Made by a program: the position numbers and the translations under genes
Part shown: positions 55,152 to 64,000 of the stretch, in pieces
How the letters are laid out: every line of letters starts with the position of its first letter
Numbering within the stretch: the stretch's first letter is position 1
NCBI GenBank assembly: GCA_963851265.1
Contig: CAWKNZ010000007.1
Span: 32,001-96,000 of the forward strand
Origin: an uncultured Gemmatimonadales bacterium
Lineage (GTDB): Bacteria > Gemmatimonadota > Gemmatimonadetes > Gemmatimonadales > Gemmatimonadaceae
Length of the DNA stretch: 64,000 nt
Reading direction: 5' to 3'
The notes under the pieces: model-generated
The model's input: only the letters and a program-made list of their open reading frames with translations
The model's database searches: none
Told to the model about the DNA's origin: nothing

Positions 55152-55942
55152 GACGTCCCCTCGGCCCAGCGTGCCGACGGCACGACGGCTGCGCGTCGCA
55201 CACGTTCGGCTCGGCGGCGAGCCATGCGCGCGGCCGCCCGCACGCGCAGCCGGACCGCAAACGCGATCGTGCCCCAAGCTTCGAGGCGCGCCGGGTCGCG
55301 GAAATAGAAGCTATCGAGCCGCGGCAGCAGGGCCATGTCGTCGGCGGTCCGGAGCGGCCGCAACTCGGTGGTGACCGCGCAGGCGAAGTGCTTGCGCGCG
55401 AGGATCGTCGCGTCCGCGCTCGTCGCACCGTACGGGTACGCGAACGACGTTGGCCGCACGCCCAACCGCTGCTTCAGATCCTCGGCGCCGCCCAGAATCT
55501 CTTCGGCGAGCGCGGCGCCGCTCCGTGCGTCGAGTGACGGGTGTGTGCGGGTGTGCGCCCCGATCGTGAACCCGCGCGCCGCGAGCGGCTCGAGGGCGGG
55601 CCAGTCCAATAGCGGGAGCGTCGGGATGTTCGGCGCGCTGCGGCCACCCCACGCGTTCGTGCGCCCCACGTGCCCGCTGACCACGAACACCGTTGCGGGC
55701 AGCGCGTACTCGCACAGCGGCGGCGCGGCGTATCTCGCGAAGTTTGCGAATCCGTCGTCGAAGGTGATCGCGACGACGTCCCGACCGTCGTCACGATCCG
55801 GCGCTGCGGCCAGCGTGTCGAGCGGGACGACCCGCACGCGACCCGACGCCAACCAGCGCGCGTGCGCGACGAACGCCCGCGGTGCGACCGAGATCGGTGA
55901 CCCCGTGCTGTCGATCGAGTGGTACGTCAGAATCGCGCGCAC
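55148..55942 (-). CDS. Polysaccharide deacetylase (NodB family)
   Basis: ILTYH, ITFDDG, IGAHTRTH, FAYPYG. Confidence 0.9.
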   Translation of the reverse strand: MRAILTYHSIDSTGSPISVAPRAFVAHARWLASGRVRVVPLDTLAAAPDRDDGRDVVAITFDDGFANFARYAAPPLCEYALPATVFVVSGHVGRTNAWGGRSAPNIPTLPLLDWPALEPLAARGFTIGAHTRTHPSLDARSGAALAEEILGGAEDLKQRLGVRPTSFAYPYGATSADATILARKHFACAVTTELRPLRTADDMALLPRLDSFYFRDPARLEAWGTIAFAVRLRVRAAARMARRRAERVRRAAVVPSARWAEGTS

Positions 55943-55955
55943 GGCCGAGCGCGCC

Positions 55956-56972
55956 TCAGTTCGCGACGGCGACGGCGTGCGGCATCACGGCGTAGCCGCG
56001 GTCGACCTCGACCCGCGCGCGCTGGTCAGCCACAACGTCGGCCACGATCTCTTCGAGCGACGTCGCGGGCCGGTAGCCCGTCAGGCGCACCAGCCGGCGT
56101 ACGTCGGGCACCCGGCGCTGCAGGTCTTCGAAGCCTGGCGGGTACGCCTCGGCGTACGGCACCAGCTCGATCGCGGACGCGCTGCCAGCCGCGTCCCGGA
56201 CCATCTCGGCGAGACGACGGATCGTGACTTCACGGTCCGTGCCGATGTTCACGACGTGACCAACCGCGGCCGGGTTGTCGACGAGACCCAGGAGGGCCCG
56301 CACGACGTCACGGACGTGCGCGAAGCAGCGCGACTGCTCACCGGTGCCGAATACGCGGATCGGCTCGTCCCGCACGGCCTGCGCGGCGAAGCTCGGAAGC
56401 ACCATCCCGTAGCGCCCGGTCTGGCGTGGGCCGACGGTGTTGAAGAAGCGCGTGACGATGACCGGCACCTTGCGCTCGTGCATGTACGCGAGCGCGAGCC
56501 ACTCGTCGAGCGCCTTCGAACAGGCGTACGCCCAGCGCGAGTGCGTCGTCGGCCCGAGCTGTAGGTCGTCGGTCTCCCCGAACGGCAGCCGACTCGACTT
56601 CCCGTACACCTCGGACGTGGATGCCACGACCACGAGCGTGCGCTTCCGCGTGGCCGCGTTCAGGACGGTCTCGGTCCCGTGGACGTTGGTGTGGATCGTG
56701 TGCACGGGTTGCTCGACGATCAGCCGTACGCCCACGGCCGCGGCGAGGTGTACGGTCACGTCGCAGCGGTCCATCAGCTCCGTGACGAGCGGTGCGTCGG
56801 TCACCGACCCGATGCGGTAGTCGAACCCTGGCCGGCCGATGAGGGCGTCGATGTTCGCCATGCGCCCGGTCGACAGGTCGTCGAGCACGAGCGTCTGATC
56901 GCCGCGTGCTAGGAGTTGTTCGGCGAGGTGCGCGCCGATGAACCCGGCGCCTCCGGTGATGAAGACTTTCAT
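55956..56972 (-). CDS. NAD-dependent nucleotide-sugar epimerase/dehydratase/decarboxylase
   Basis: ITGGAGFIG, HLAAAVGV, STSEVYGK, RWAYACSK (YxxxK), RFFNTVGPRQ. Confidence 0.9.
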   Translation of the reverse strand: MKVFITGGAGFIGAHLAEQLLARGDQTLVLDDLSTGRMANIDALIGRPGFDYRIGSVTDAPLVTELMDRCDVTVHLAAAVGVRLIVEQPVHTIHTNVHGTETVLNAATRKRTLVVVASTSEVYGKSSRLPFGETDDLQLGPTTHSRWAYACSKALDEWLALAYMHERKVPVIVTRFFNTVGPRQTGRYGMVLPSFAAQAVRDEPIRVFGTGEQSRCFAHVRDVVRALLGLVDNPAAVGHVVNIGTDREVTIRRLAEMVRDAAGSASAIELVPYAEAYPPGFEDLQRRVPDVRRLVRLTGYRPATSLEEIVADVVADQRARVEVDRGYAVMPHAVAVAN

Positions 56973-58237
56973 GCGACCTCCGCACGCGAGGGGAATGGTG
57001 CCACCCGGCCGTCGCGGCGTCGCTCGGCCGCGCGCCGCACGATCTCGAGGTACTGCGGAACCACGACGCGCTCGGTCCAGCGCGCGCGGACGGCCCGCGC
57101 TCCCGCGGCCGCCAACGCCGCGCGGAGCCCCGGCTCGCCCTCGAGTCGGTCGAGCGCGGTGCGCAACTCGTCGGCCGTCGAGAAGAGGAGCCCCGCGCCC
57201 GATTGTTCGATGAGTTCGGGGAATGGACCGAGGCGGCGCGCGACCACCGGCGTCCCCTGACGAAACGCCTCGATCAAAATGATGCCGAACGTCTCGAAGC
57301 ACACCGACGGCACGACGAGTGCCGAAGCGTGCGCGTAGTAGACGCGGAGTGCCTCGGGTGTTAGGCGGCCGAGGAACCGTACGCGCGGATGCCCCGCGGC
57401 CAGCGCGTGCAGGGCCGCGGCGTGCTCGCCGTCGCCGGCGACGAGCAGGTCAGGGCCCGCGTCGCCTCGGAACACCGGGATCACGTCGTCGAGCCCCTTG
57501 ATGCGCTCCAGGCGGCCCACGAACAGCACGTACGGCCGGTCGTGCGGGCGCACGGCCGCTGCCGGTGCGGGGTCGTTATCGGGGAGGAAATAGGGGAGCA
57601 CTTCCATCTCGCGCGAGAAGCCGAACTCGCGGTGCTTGTCGCGGCTGAATTCACTCATCGCAACGAACGCGTCCACGTGCGCGAGCGCGCGCTCGAGCAG
57701 ACCCGTGTAGCGCCACAGCTGGGGCGGACGCCGGTGGCGCAGCGTGCACCGCACGCACTGCCGCGACGTGCACAGTTCGCGGCCGTGCCGCCAGAGCACG
57801 TGCATCGGGCAGACGAGCCAGTGCTCGTGCGCCATGTAAATCCGCACCGCGTCGCCGCCCATCGCGAGCAGCCCGGGACCGCCGACGAGCGACACGTTGT
57901 GGAAATTCACGACGTCGAAGTGCCCGTCACCGAGGATGCGCTGAATGCGCCGTCCGTGGACCACCGGGCGCCCCACCTGCTGTGTGAGCAGTGGCGAAAG
58001 GCGGCGCAGGCGGCTTTCCAGGCGGACAACCTCGACTCCGTCCGACGTCGCCTCCGGGTCCGTCGGCGGGTCCGGGTGGAGCGCGCGGTAGGCGTCCACG
58101 TCGTGCACCACCGTGACCTGGTGCCCGGCGCGCACCAGCCCGCGCGCGAGGCGCTGCACCCCGATGGCATCCCCGCCGAAGTGGTACGGCGGGTAGAACG
58201 TCGTCAGCATGCAGATCCGCAGCGCGTCGACGCTCAT
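56969..58237 (-). CDS. Glycosyltransferase family 4
   Basis: FYPP..GG, Cys cluster (WLVCP..C..C..C), FVGRL...KG, ETFG...IEA...GTPV. Confidence 0.88.
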   Translation of the reverse strand: MSVDALRICMLTTFYPPYHFGGDAIGVQRLARGLVRAGHQVTVVHDVDAYRALHPDPPTDPEATSDGVEVVRLESRLRRLSPLLTQQVGRPVVHGRRIQRILGDGHFDVVNFHNVSLVGGPGLLAMGGDAVRIYMAHEHWLVCPMHVLWRHGRELCTSRQCVRCTLRHRRPPQLWRYTGLLERALAHVDAFVAMSEFSRDKHREFGFSREMEVLPYFLPDNDPAPAAAVRPHDRPYVLFVGRLERIKGLDDVIPVFRGDAGPDLLVAGDGEHAAALHALAAGHPRVRFLGRLTPEALRVYYAHASALVVPSVCFETFGIILIEAFRQGTPVVARRLGPFPELIEQSGAGLLFSTADELRTALDRLEGEPGLRAALAAAGARAVRARWTERVVVPQYLEIVRRAAERRRDGRVAPFPSRAEVA

Positions 58238-59421
58238 GCCGCAGCCTCCTCAAGCGCGTCGAATGTGGCGTCCGCCGTGGTCGCCCAGCTCAGGGCCCCA
58301 GCCCGCGCGCGCGCGCACCGTCCCATCGCCTCGCGCGTCTCGGGTTCATCCATCAGACGCCGCATGCTCGCCGCAAGCGCGGGCTCGTCGCGCGGAGCGA
58401 CGAAAAATCCGCCGCCGCGCAGCAGCGCTGGGAGCGGACTCGCCAGGGTCGCAACCACCGGCGTACCGCACGCGGCCGCCTCGACGGCGGGCAGGCCGAA
58501 TCCTTCGTTCTCCGACGGCAACAGGAGCGCGACGGATCCGGACAGGAGATGTCGCAGCTCCGCGTCGGGCAGAAATCCCGCATGATGCACGCGGTGCACG
58601 ACGCCGGCCTCGCGTGCTGCCGCCGCTACGGCAGCACCCGCGCTGTGGAAGACGTCCTCCGCGGTCGGCCCCACGAGCACCAGGTGCGGCGCTGGACCGC
58701 CGTCGCCGCCGGCGCCCAGCCGTCCGAGCGCACGCACGGCCACGTCAACGTGCTTGTGCGGACTGATGCCGCCGACGTACACGAACCAGGGTGTGCCACG
58801 CGGCACGCCGGTCGTCGCCGCGATGCGCGCGATCGCCTCCGCGTCATCGCTCGGCCGGTACGCGGCAGCCGGCGCCTCGAGCGCGACCCGCAGCCGTTCC
58901 GGAGCAATACCGTACACCTCGGTCAGCTCGCGGGCGGCAAACGGAGACACGGTGAGCACCAGTCGCGATTGCGCCAGCGCGACGCGCATCTTGGCACGCC
59001 AGAACAGCCGCGCGCGGCGCGACGGCAGCGTCAGCGCGGGAAAGCGGTCAGCGATCGCGTCGTGGATCGTCACGACGGTCGGCAGCCGCAGCGGGAGCGG
59101 GAAAAACGTGTAGACGGACGGGGAAAAGAACACGTCGAGTCGCGTGCGCCAGACCGCCGCGGTGAAGCGCAACATGTCGCCCACGGCACGGCGGCCGTCG
59201 GCCGCGGCGGCACGCGTGGGGCTGACGTGTTGCCGCACCTCGACAATGCCGGCTCCCGGCACGTCCGCGACGGCGGCCGCTCGCGAGTCCGTGAACAGCA
59301 CGAGGTCGTGTCGGTCGGACGCGGCCATCGCACGCAGCAACTCGCGGGCGAACCGGCCGTAGCCGCGTGGGTTGGCCAGACATGCGGCATCCACGCCCAC
59401 TCGCAGGCGTCCCCGGGCCAT
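58234..59421 (-). CDS. Glycosyltransferase family 4 (MtfB/WbaZ-like)
   Basis: VTIHD, YVGG..PHK, EGFGLPAVEAAACGTPVV. Confidence 0.88.
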   Translation of the reverse strand: MARGRLRVGVDAACLANPRGYGRFARELLRAMAASDRHDLVLFTDSRAAAVADVPGAGIVEVRQHVSPTRAAAADGRRAVGDMLRFTAAVWRTRLDVFFSPSVYTFFPLPLRLPTVVTIHDAIADRFPALTLPSRRARLFWRAKMRVALAQSRLVLTVSPFAARELTEVYGIAPERLRVALEAPAAAYRPSDDAEAIARIAATTGVPRGTPWFVYVGGISPHKHVDVAVRALGRLGAGGDGGPAPHLVLVGPTAEDVFHSAGAAVAAAAREAGVVHRVHHAGFLPDAELRHLLSGSVALLLPSENEGFGLPAVEAAACGTPVVATLASPLPALLRGGGFFVAPRDEPALAASMRRLMDEPETREAMGRCARARAGALSWATTADATFDALEEAAA

Positions 59422-59453
59422 GGGTGCGGACCGTCGCGAAACCGCGCGCGAGA

Positions 59454-61055
59454 TCAGGCGGACGCGCGCACGCCGGGCGCGTCCGCGTAGCCCGGGCCAC
59501 GGAAACCTGGGGGCGGCGCGGTCGGTGGCGCGGCCGAGGCGTCCGCGGGATCGACCCGCTGTTCCTCGTGGTACTCGAAGTCGGTATTCACCGCCCACAG
59601 ATCGTGCGACGCCCCACCCATGTTTTCCACGGCGAGCATCGCCGTGTACATGGAGTGATCTTGATTGTTGTACTTGTGCATCCCGTTCCGCCCAACGGTG
59701 TGGAGGTTGGGCACGGCGTCGAGGAGCGTACGCACAACGTCGAGGTGCCCGCGGTAGTAGCTGTCGTAAATCGGATAGGCCTTGGCCATTCGCACGACCG
59801 TACCGTCCACGACGGTGGCGCCGGGTGCGAGGCCGAGCGTCGCGAGCTCTGCGGCGGCGAGTCGGACGAGCGCGGCGTCGTCGCTCGTCCAGAGGCCATC
59901 ACCCTCGAAGCAGAAGTACTCCAGCCCGAGGCACGTGCGTCCAGCATCGGGGACCATCGCGCGGCTCCAGTTGTTGAAGTTCTGGATGCGGCCGACCTTC
60001 ACGCCCGGTGTATGCACGTAGATCCAGTTGTCGGGGAACAGATCCGCTCGGTCCAGCATGAGGGCGACGACGAGGAAGTCGCGGTAGGCAAGCCCCTCGG
60101 CCGCCTCGCGCACGGGCGCGGGCGCCTCGCTGCCGAAGGCGCGCACGAGCGCCCGCAGGTCCGTGGTCGACACCACGTGGTCCGCGGCGAGCCGTTGGGT
60201 GCCGGTCGGGGTCTCCGCAACGACCGCCGTCACCGCACCGTCGCACAGCTCGAGCTTGGTCACGTGGTGCTGCACCAGCACATCGCCCCCCAGCGCCTGC
60301 ACACGCGCCGAGCACGCTTCCCACATCTGGCCGGGGCCGAGGCGCGGGTACTTGAACGTGTGGATGAGCGATTTGATGTCCGTCGCACGCCGGTTGAGGA
60401 CGGTCGCCGACAGGATGGCTCGCGCGAGCGAGAGGCCCTGGATGCGTTGCGCCGCCCACTCGGCACGAATTTCGGTGCATGGCACCCCCCAGACCTTCTC
60501 CGTGTACGTCTTGAAAAAGATCTCGTACAGGCGACGGCCGAACCGGTTGGTCACCCACTGTTCGAACGTCTCCTCGACCGGCGAGGGACGGAGCTGCGCC
60601 TGCGCATAGCTCATCACGATGCGCACGGCGTTCACGACGCCGAGCCCGGACAGCGCGTTCCAGGCACGAAGCGGGTAGTGGAAGTAGCGACCCCCGTAGT
60701 GGATTCGCGAAAGGCGGGGTACGTCGATGAACTCGTCGCCGAGCAGTTCCTCCCACAGGGCCTGAACCGGCGCGATTTTTGTGAAGAAGCGGTGGCCCCC
60801 GATGTCGAAGCGGTACCCCTTGTACCGCGCCGTTTGCGAGATTCCGCCGACGGCGGTGGAGCCCTCGAGTACCGTCACGTGTGCCCCACGCTGAGCGAGC
60901 AGGTAGGCAGCCGTTAGGCCGGCAGGCCCCGCGCCGACGACGATGACGCGGTCTCCCGCGCGAACCCTGCGCACGGAACGGGAAGGTGGTCGGTCCGGAG
61001 GGCCGTCAGATGCAAGTCGCGACCCGGTTGCAGCACCAACGGCCTTCGGTGACAT
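59454..61055 (-). CDS. FAD-dependent oxidoreductase (UDP-galactopyranose mutase/protoporphyrinogen oxidase-like)
   Basis: VGAGPAGLTAA, FDIGGHRFFTK, FFKTYTEKVWG, WAAQRI, AYP.Y, GRNGMHKYNNQDHSM; start uncertain. Confidence 0.85.
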   Translation of the reverse strand: MSPKAVGAATGSRLASDGPPDRPPSRSVRRVRAGDRVIVVGAGPAGLTAAYLLAQRGAHVTVLEGSTAVGGISQTARYKGYRFDIGGHRFFTKIAPVQALWEELLGDEFIDVPRLSRIHYGGRYFHYPLRAWNALSGLGVVNAVRIVMSYAQAQLRPSPVEETFEQWVTNRFGRRLYEIFFKTYTEKVWGVPCTEIRAEWAAQRIQGLSLARAILSATVLNRRATDIKSLIHTFKYPRLGPGQMWEACSARVQALGGDVLVQHHVTKLELCDGAVTAVVAETPTGTQRLAADHVVSTTDLRALVRAFGSEAPAPVREAAEGLAYRDFLVVALMLDRADLFPDNWIYVHTPGVKVGRIQNFNNWSRAMVPDAGRTCLGLEYFCFEGDGLWTSDDAALVRLAAAELATLGLAPGATVVDGTVVRMAKAYPIYDSYYRGHLDVVRTLLDAVPNLHTVGRNGMHKYNNQDHSMYTAMLAVENMGGASHDLWAVNTDFEYHEEQRVDPADASAAPPTAPPPGFRGPGYADAPGVRASA

Positions 61056-61311
61056 GGACGCGAAGCTCTGGTGGCGGGGGGCTGTGATCCGGCGGGCGCA
61101 CTGCTGGCGCGTACCGTCGCCCTGCAACCCGGGTGACGCGCGGCGGCCTATGGTGTGTATGACCGCACTGTCACGCAAGACCACGGTGATTTGCGTCAAA
61201 CCGGCGCGAAAAGCCCGTAACTGCTTGTCGTGTCGCGGGTTCCGTCGCACACGAGGGTTATGCGACATCGCGAGTAATCGCGCCACGAAACATCAATGAC
61301 TCAGACTGATA

Positions 61312-62241
61312 CTATCGAATCACATCAGATGTCGCTCGGGCGTCGCGGGCTGTCGTGGAGCGTGCCCGCCCATGTGCTGTGGCGCCGACCGCCTCGCCTG
61401 CCGCCCACGCGGCGGCGAGCACCAGGAATTCGGGCGCGACGTGCAGGGCGTGCGTCGCGCGACCGGATGCCGCGCAGCGTCGTGCCGCGCGCGCGAGCAG
61501 GACGAACGGCACGAGCGGCGTCGCCAGCACCACCTGCCACGTTCGTCGGGCACCGACGTGCACGCGCCACCTCCCCGACTGCCGGCCGTGTAGGTAGCGC
61601 TGTCGTACCAAGCCCCGGAGTGATTCGCCACCAACGAACACGGCGCGCATCTCCCCGCAGAACACCAACCCGTGTCCCGCCGCGCGCAGTCGGTGGTTGC
61701 ACTCAACTTCCCAAAAGCCACGCGCGAGCGCGCCACCGATCGCCAGCAGCGTCGCCCGCCGGTACGCGGCGTTGTCGGCCGCCACGTCCTGCACCTCGGT
61801 ACAACCTGTCACGCGGGGCGGGAGCGCGCCGAATCGCAGCTGGTATATGGCCTGTCCGACGCGCGTCAGGTTGGCACCCGGCGAGATCGGGCCGCCCACG
61901 GCGGTCGCCCCACGCGCGATTGCCGCAATCGCAGCCGTGGCCCAGCCGCGCGACACGGCGCACAGATCCGTCGTGAATGCGACCACCGTGCCGCGCGCGG
62001 CGAGCAGCCCGAGTTCCCACCGCACCGGGACCAGGCTGCCATCCGGTGCTGGAACGACGACGCACGCGGGGTCGGACGCGCCAGCCGCCGGTGCGGCACC
62101 GACCAGCACGTACTCCGCGTCCACGCCCGCGCAGCTCTCGCGAAGCGCACTGAGCCACGCGGGTTCGTCGACGGCCGCGGGAAGTGCGCCGCGCCGTGAA
62201 GTGCACGCCACGACGACGCTCAGCGCCGGCGCCGCGTTCAC
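61312..62241 (-). CDS. Divergent glycosyltransferase family 2-like protein
   Basis: LSVVVA, G...ARG.VVAFTTD.C...GW, AVGG, N.AYRR, GFWE, QRY..GR. Confidence 0.7.
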   Translation of the reverse strand: MNAAPALSVVVACTSRRGALPAAVDEPAWLSALRESCAGVDAEYVLVGAAPAAGASDPACVVVPAPDGSLVPVRWELGLLAARGTVVAFTTDLCAVSRGWATAAIAAIARGATAVGGPISPGANLTRVGQAIYQLRFGALPPRVTGCTEVQDVAADNAAYRRATLLAIGGALARGFWEVECNHRLRAAGHGLVFCGEMRAVFVGGESLRGLVRQRYLHGRQSGRWRVHVGARRTWQVVLATPLVPFVLLARAARRCAASGRATHALHVAPEFLVLAAAWAAGEAVGATAHGRARSTTARDARATSDVIR

Positions 62242-63272
62242 GCCGCTACCTCGCCGACTCGGCCGTTGACGCGGTCGGTGATCCGATCGCCGACGCGGTC
62301 GAGCGCACGCGCCACGCCGAGCGTCTCCGCCGGCGTGATCGGCGCCGGTCCGCGGCCCTCGACGGCTGCATACATGCGCCGCACGAGTTCGCGCAATCCC
62401 GGATACGCTGACTCGCGCCGTACCGCACGCACCGCGAGGTTGGCCGCAGCGGCCGCGCCGCTACGTGCCGCGTCCACGAACGGGTGTGCGATCTTGAACG
62501 CCCGCGTCGGCTCGCCGCGGATGACCACAGTGTATCCGTGAAACAGATCGAGCCGGATCGTCCCGCGGGGGCCGACGAGTTGCAGCGTGTTGCGCGTGGG
62601 ACGACCGCGGGTCGAGACCACGATCCCCACCGAAGCCGCGCCGAGCGCGCCGGACAAACGCAGCTCGCCGGGTGCGAGATACGTCACGTCCCACGCGACC
62701 GCACCGATCGCAGGGTCGACGAGGCGAGTGAGTAGCGACAGCGGGTGCGGGAGGATCCCGAGCGCGAGGCGGTCGCGATCGGCGTCGGACTCACCGTCCG
62801 CACCTGCGGTGCAGGCGACGGCGTCGACGTGCAGCACGGGCCCGATGCTCGCGAGCAGATGGCGTGCGTGCAATACGCCGCGCTGAAACAGGTACTGGTG
62901 TACGGGAACGACGAGCTGCCCCGCGCGTTCGCCGCGAGCGAGCAGTGACGCGACGGTCTCCGCACGCTCGGCGAGCGGCTTCTCGACCAGCGCGTGGCAC
63001 CCCGCGCTCAACGCCGCGGCCGCGAGCGCCGCGTGCGTGCCGACCGGCGTGCAGACGTGCACCACGTCGCCCGCACGCACGACCGCTCCGAGCGTCTCGG
63101 TCGCGCGCGCACCCGGGAGCCGCGCGGCGAGCGCGCGCGCGCGCGCCGGATCCGCGTCGACCACGGCCGCCACCGCGCGCCCTGCGCGCCGGACGGCGTC
63201 CGAGTGCCAGTGCCCCATCAGCCCGGCCCCGACGATGATCGCACGCGGGTCGGGCCGATCGTCCGAGGTCAC
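62238..63272 (-). CDS. Gfo/Idh/MocA family oxidoreductase
   Basis: IVGAG.MG..H, VHVCTP...H, LVEKPL. Confidence 0.88.
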   Translation of the reverse strand: MTSDDRPDPRAIIVGAGLMGHWHSDAVRRAGRAVAAVVDADPARARALAARLPGARATETLGAVVRAGDVVHVCTPVGTHAALAAAALSAGCHALVEKPLAERAETVASLLARGERAGQLVVPVHQYLFQRGVLHARHLLASIGPVLHVDAVACTAGADGESDADRDRLALGILPHPLSLLTRLVDPAIGAVAWDVTYLAPGELRLSGALGAASVGIVVSTRGRPTRNTLQLVGPRGTIRLDLFHGYTVVIRGEPTRAFKIAHPFVDAARSGAAAAANLAVRAVRRESAYPGLRELVRRMYAAVEGRGPAPITPAETLGVARALDRVGDRITDRVNGRVGEVAA

Positions 63273-64000
63273 GTGGGTGTTGCTCCGACGGGGCTGAGCG
63301 TCGGCGCGCTTGGCAGGGTCCCGCCGGTCGCAGGCGGGAACGGCCGCGTGGCGATGGGCGCGGCGGCGCCCATGCGCATATCGTAGGTCGCGCGCGCGGC
63401 GTCGGTATCGAGCACCACGCGCGCGCCCGACGCGGCCGACAGGTAACAGGCCGCGATCACCTCGAGCACGTCGCGCCCCGCGTGCGCGCTCGCCGGCGGT
63501 TCGCTCCCGTCTCGGAACGCGGCGAACGACCGCGCGAGGACGGCGCGAGTCGCGACCATCCCGGGATCTCGAGGGTTGCGGGCGAGCATCGTGCGGCGAT
63601 TGTCGACCTCGCGCCAGGCGATCCCCGCGACACCAAAATCGAGTCGGAGGTGGGGCCGCGTGCTGCGATGCAGCCCGGCCGTGACGCGCGCCCGGCCACC
63701 GAACGAGGCACGCAGCGACGCATTCGTGGTCTCCGCGCGCACTTCGAAGTATTGCGTCTCACCTTTGCACAGCCGGTTCTGGACGACCTGTGCCAGGCGC
63801 CCGCGCGAGAACTCCAGAGTCACGAGTGCGACCGCGTCGGTCGCGCCTTCGCGCACGCCGCAGGTCGACGTCGTAGCCGAGACCGCACGCGGCCGCTCGC
63901 CGAACAACGCGATGAGGAAGTCCACGAGGTGCACGCCGGCCTCGTAGAGCGTGCGCTGCAGCATCTGGCCTCGCCACCCCGGCTCCGCCCAGGGGGGCAG
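63269..64000 (-). CDS. Gfo/Idh/MocA family oxidoreductase (C-terminal part; truncated by window edge)
   Basis: GWR, YEAGVHLVD, D.....LEF..G, A.Y.SA..G..V; frame open to window end. Confidence 0.75.
   Translation of the reverse strand: MPPWAEPGWRGQMLQRTLYEAGVHLVDFLIALFGERPRAVSATTSTCGVREGATDAVALVTLEFSRGRLAQVVQNRLCKGETQYFEVRAETTNASLRASFGGRARVTAGLHRSTRPHLRLDFGVAGIAWREVDNRRTMLARNPRDPGMVATRAVLARSFAAFRDGSEPPASAHAGRDVLEVIAACYLSAASGARVVLDTDAARATYDMRMGAAAPIATRPFPPATGGTLPSAPTLSPVGATPT

Noticed and set aside
61163..61197. acgcaa...ttgcgt inverted repeat in an intergenic region as an RNA element
   Set aside because: Only a 6-7 bp stem, with no recognisable RNA family signature.

Overview
Very GC-rich bacterial chromosomal window; gene content and style suggest Gemmatimonadota, but this is an unverified inference. 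Left part (1-37.4 kb) looks like native chromosome. It holds a stressosome (rsbR-rsbS-rsbT-rsbX-like) operon wired to two histidine kinases and followed by an atypical Clp/Hsp100 ATPase. Next come an alpha/beta hydrolase, a GMC oxidoreductase plus Tat-lipoprotein subunit, and a SAM-II riboswitch with terminator ahead of metY-metX-panB. Further on are a serine hydrolase, LacI regulator, M1 peptidase, YncE/phosphoesterase fusion, a tripartite RND pump (permease frameshifted), ppc and an osmC-catalase-oxyR module. Two IS remnants at 37.45-38.5 kb mark a shift in codon style. The right part (38.7-64 kb) has a pseudokinase-TM-TonB gene and a large polysaccharide/glycosylation cluster running off the window end. 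Top observations: (1) a non-palindromic motif (C)GTTAGGC found at least 23 times in both orientations and several reading frames, thinning out in the island; (2) SAM-II coupled to an intrinsic terminator over a met-panB operon; (3) an Arn/Gtr-like lipid-linked glycosylation module with an unexplained paralogous small-membrane-protein pair; (4) a Clp ATPase lacking the M-domain, ClpP loop and NBD2 pore tyrosine; (5) the pseudokinase-TonB fusion. No tRNA, rRNA or CRISPR array was seen. Start codons were chosen by eye and no searches were run.
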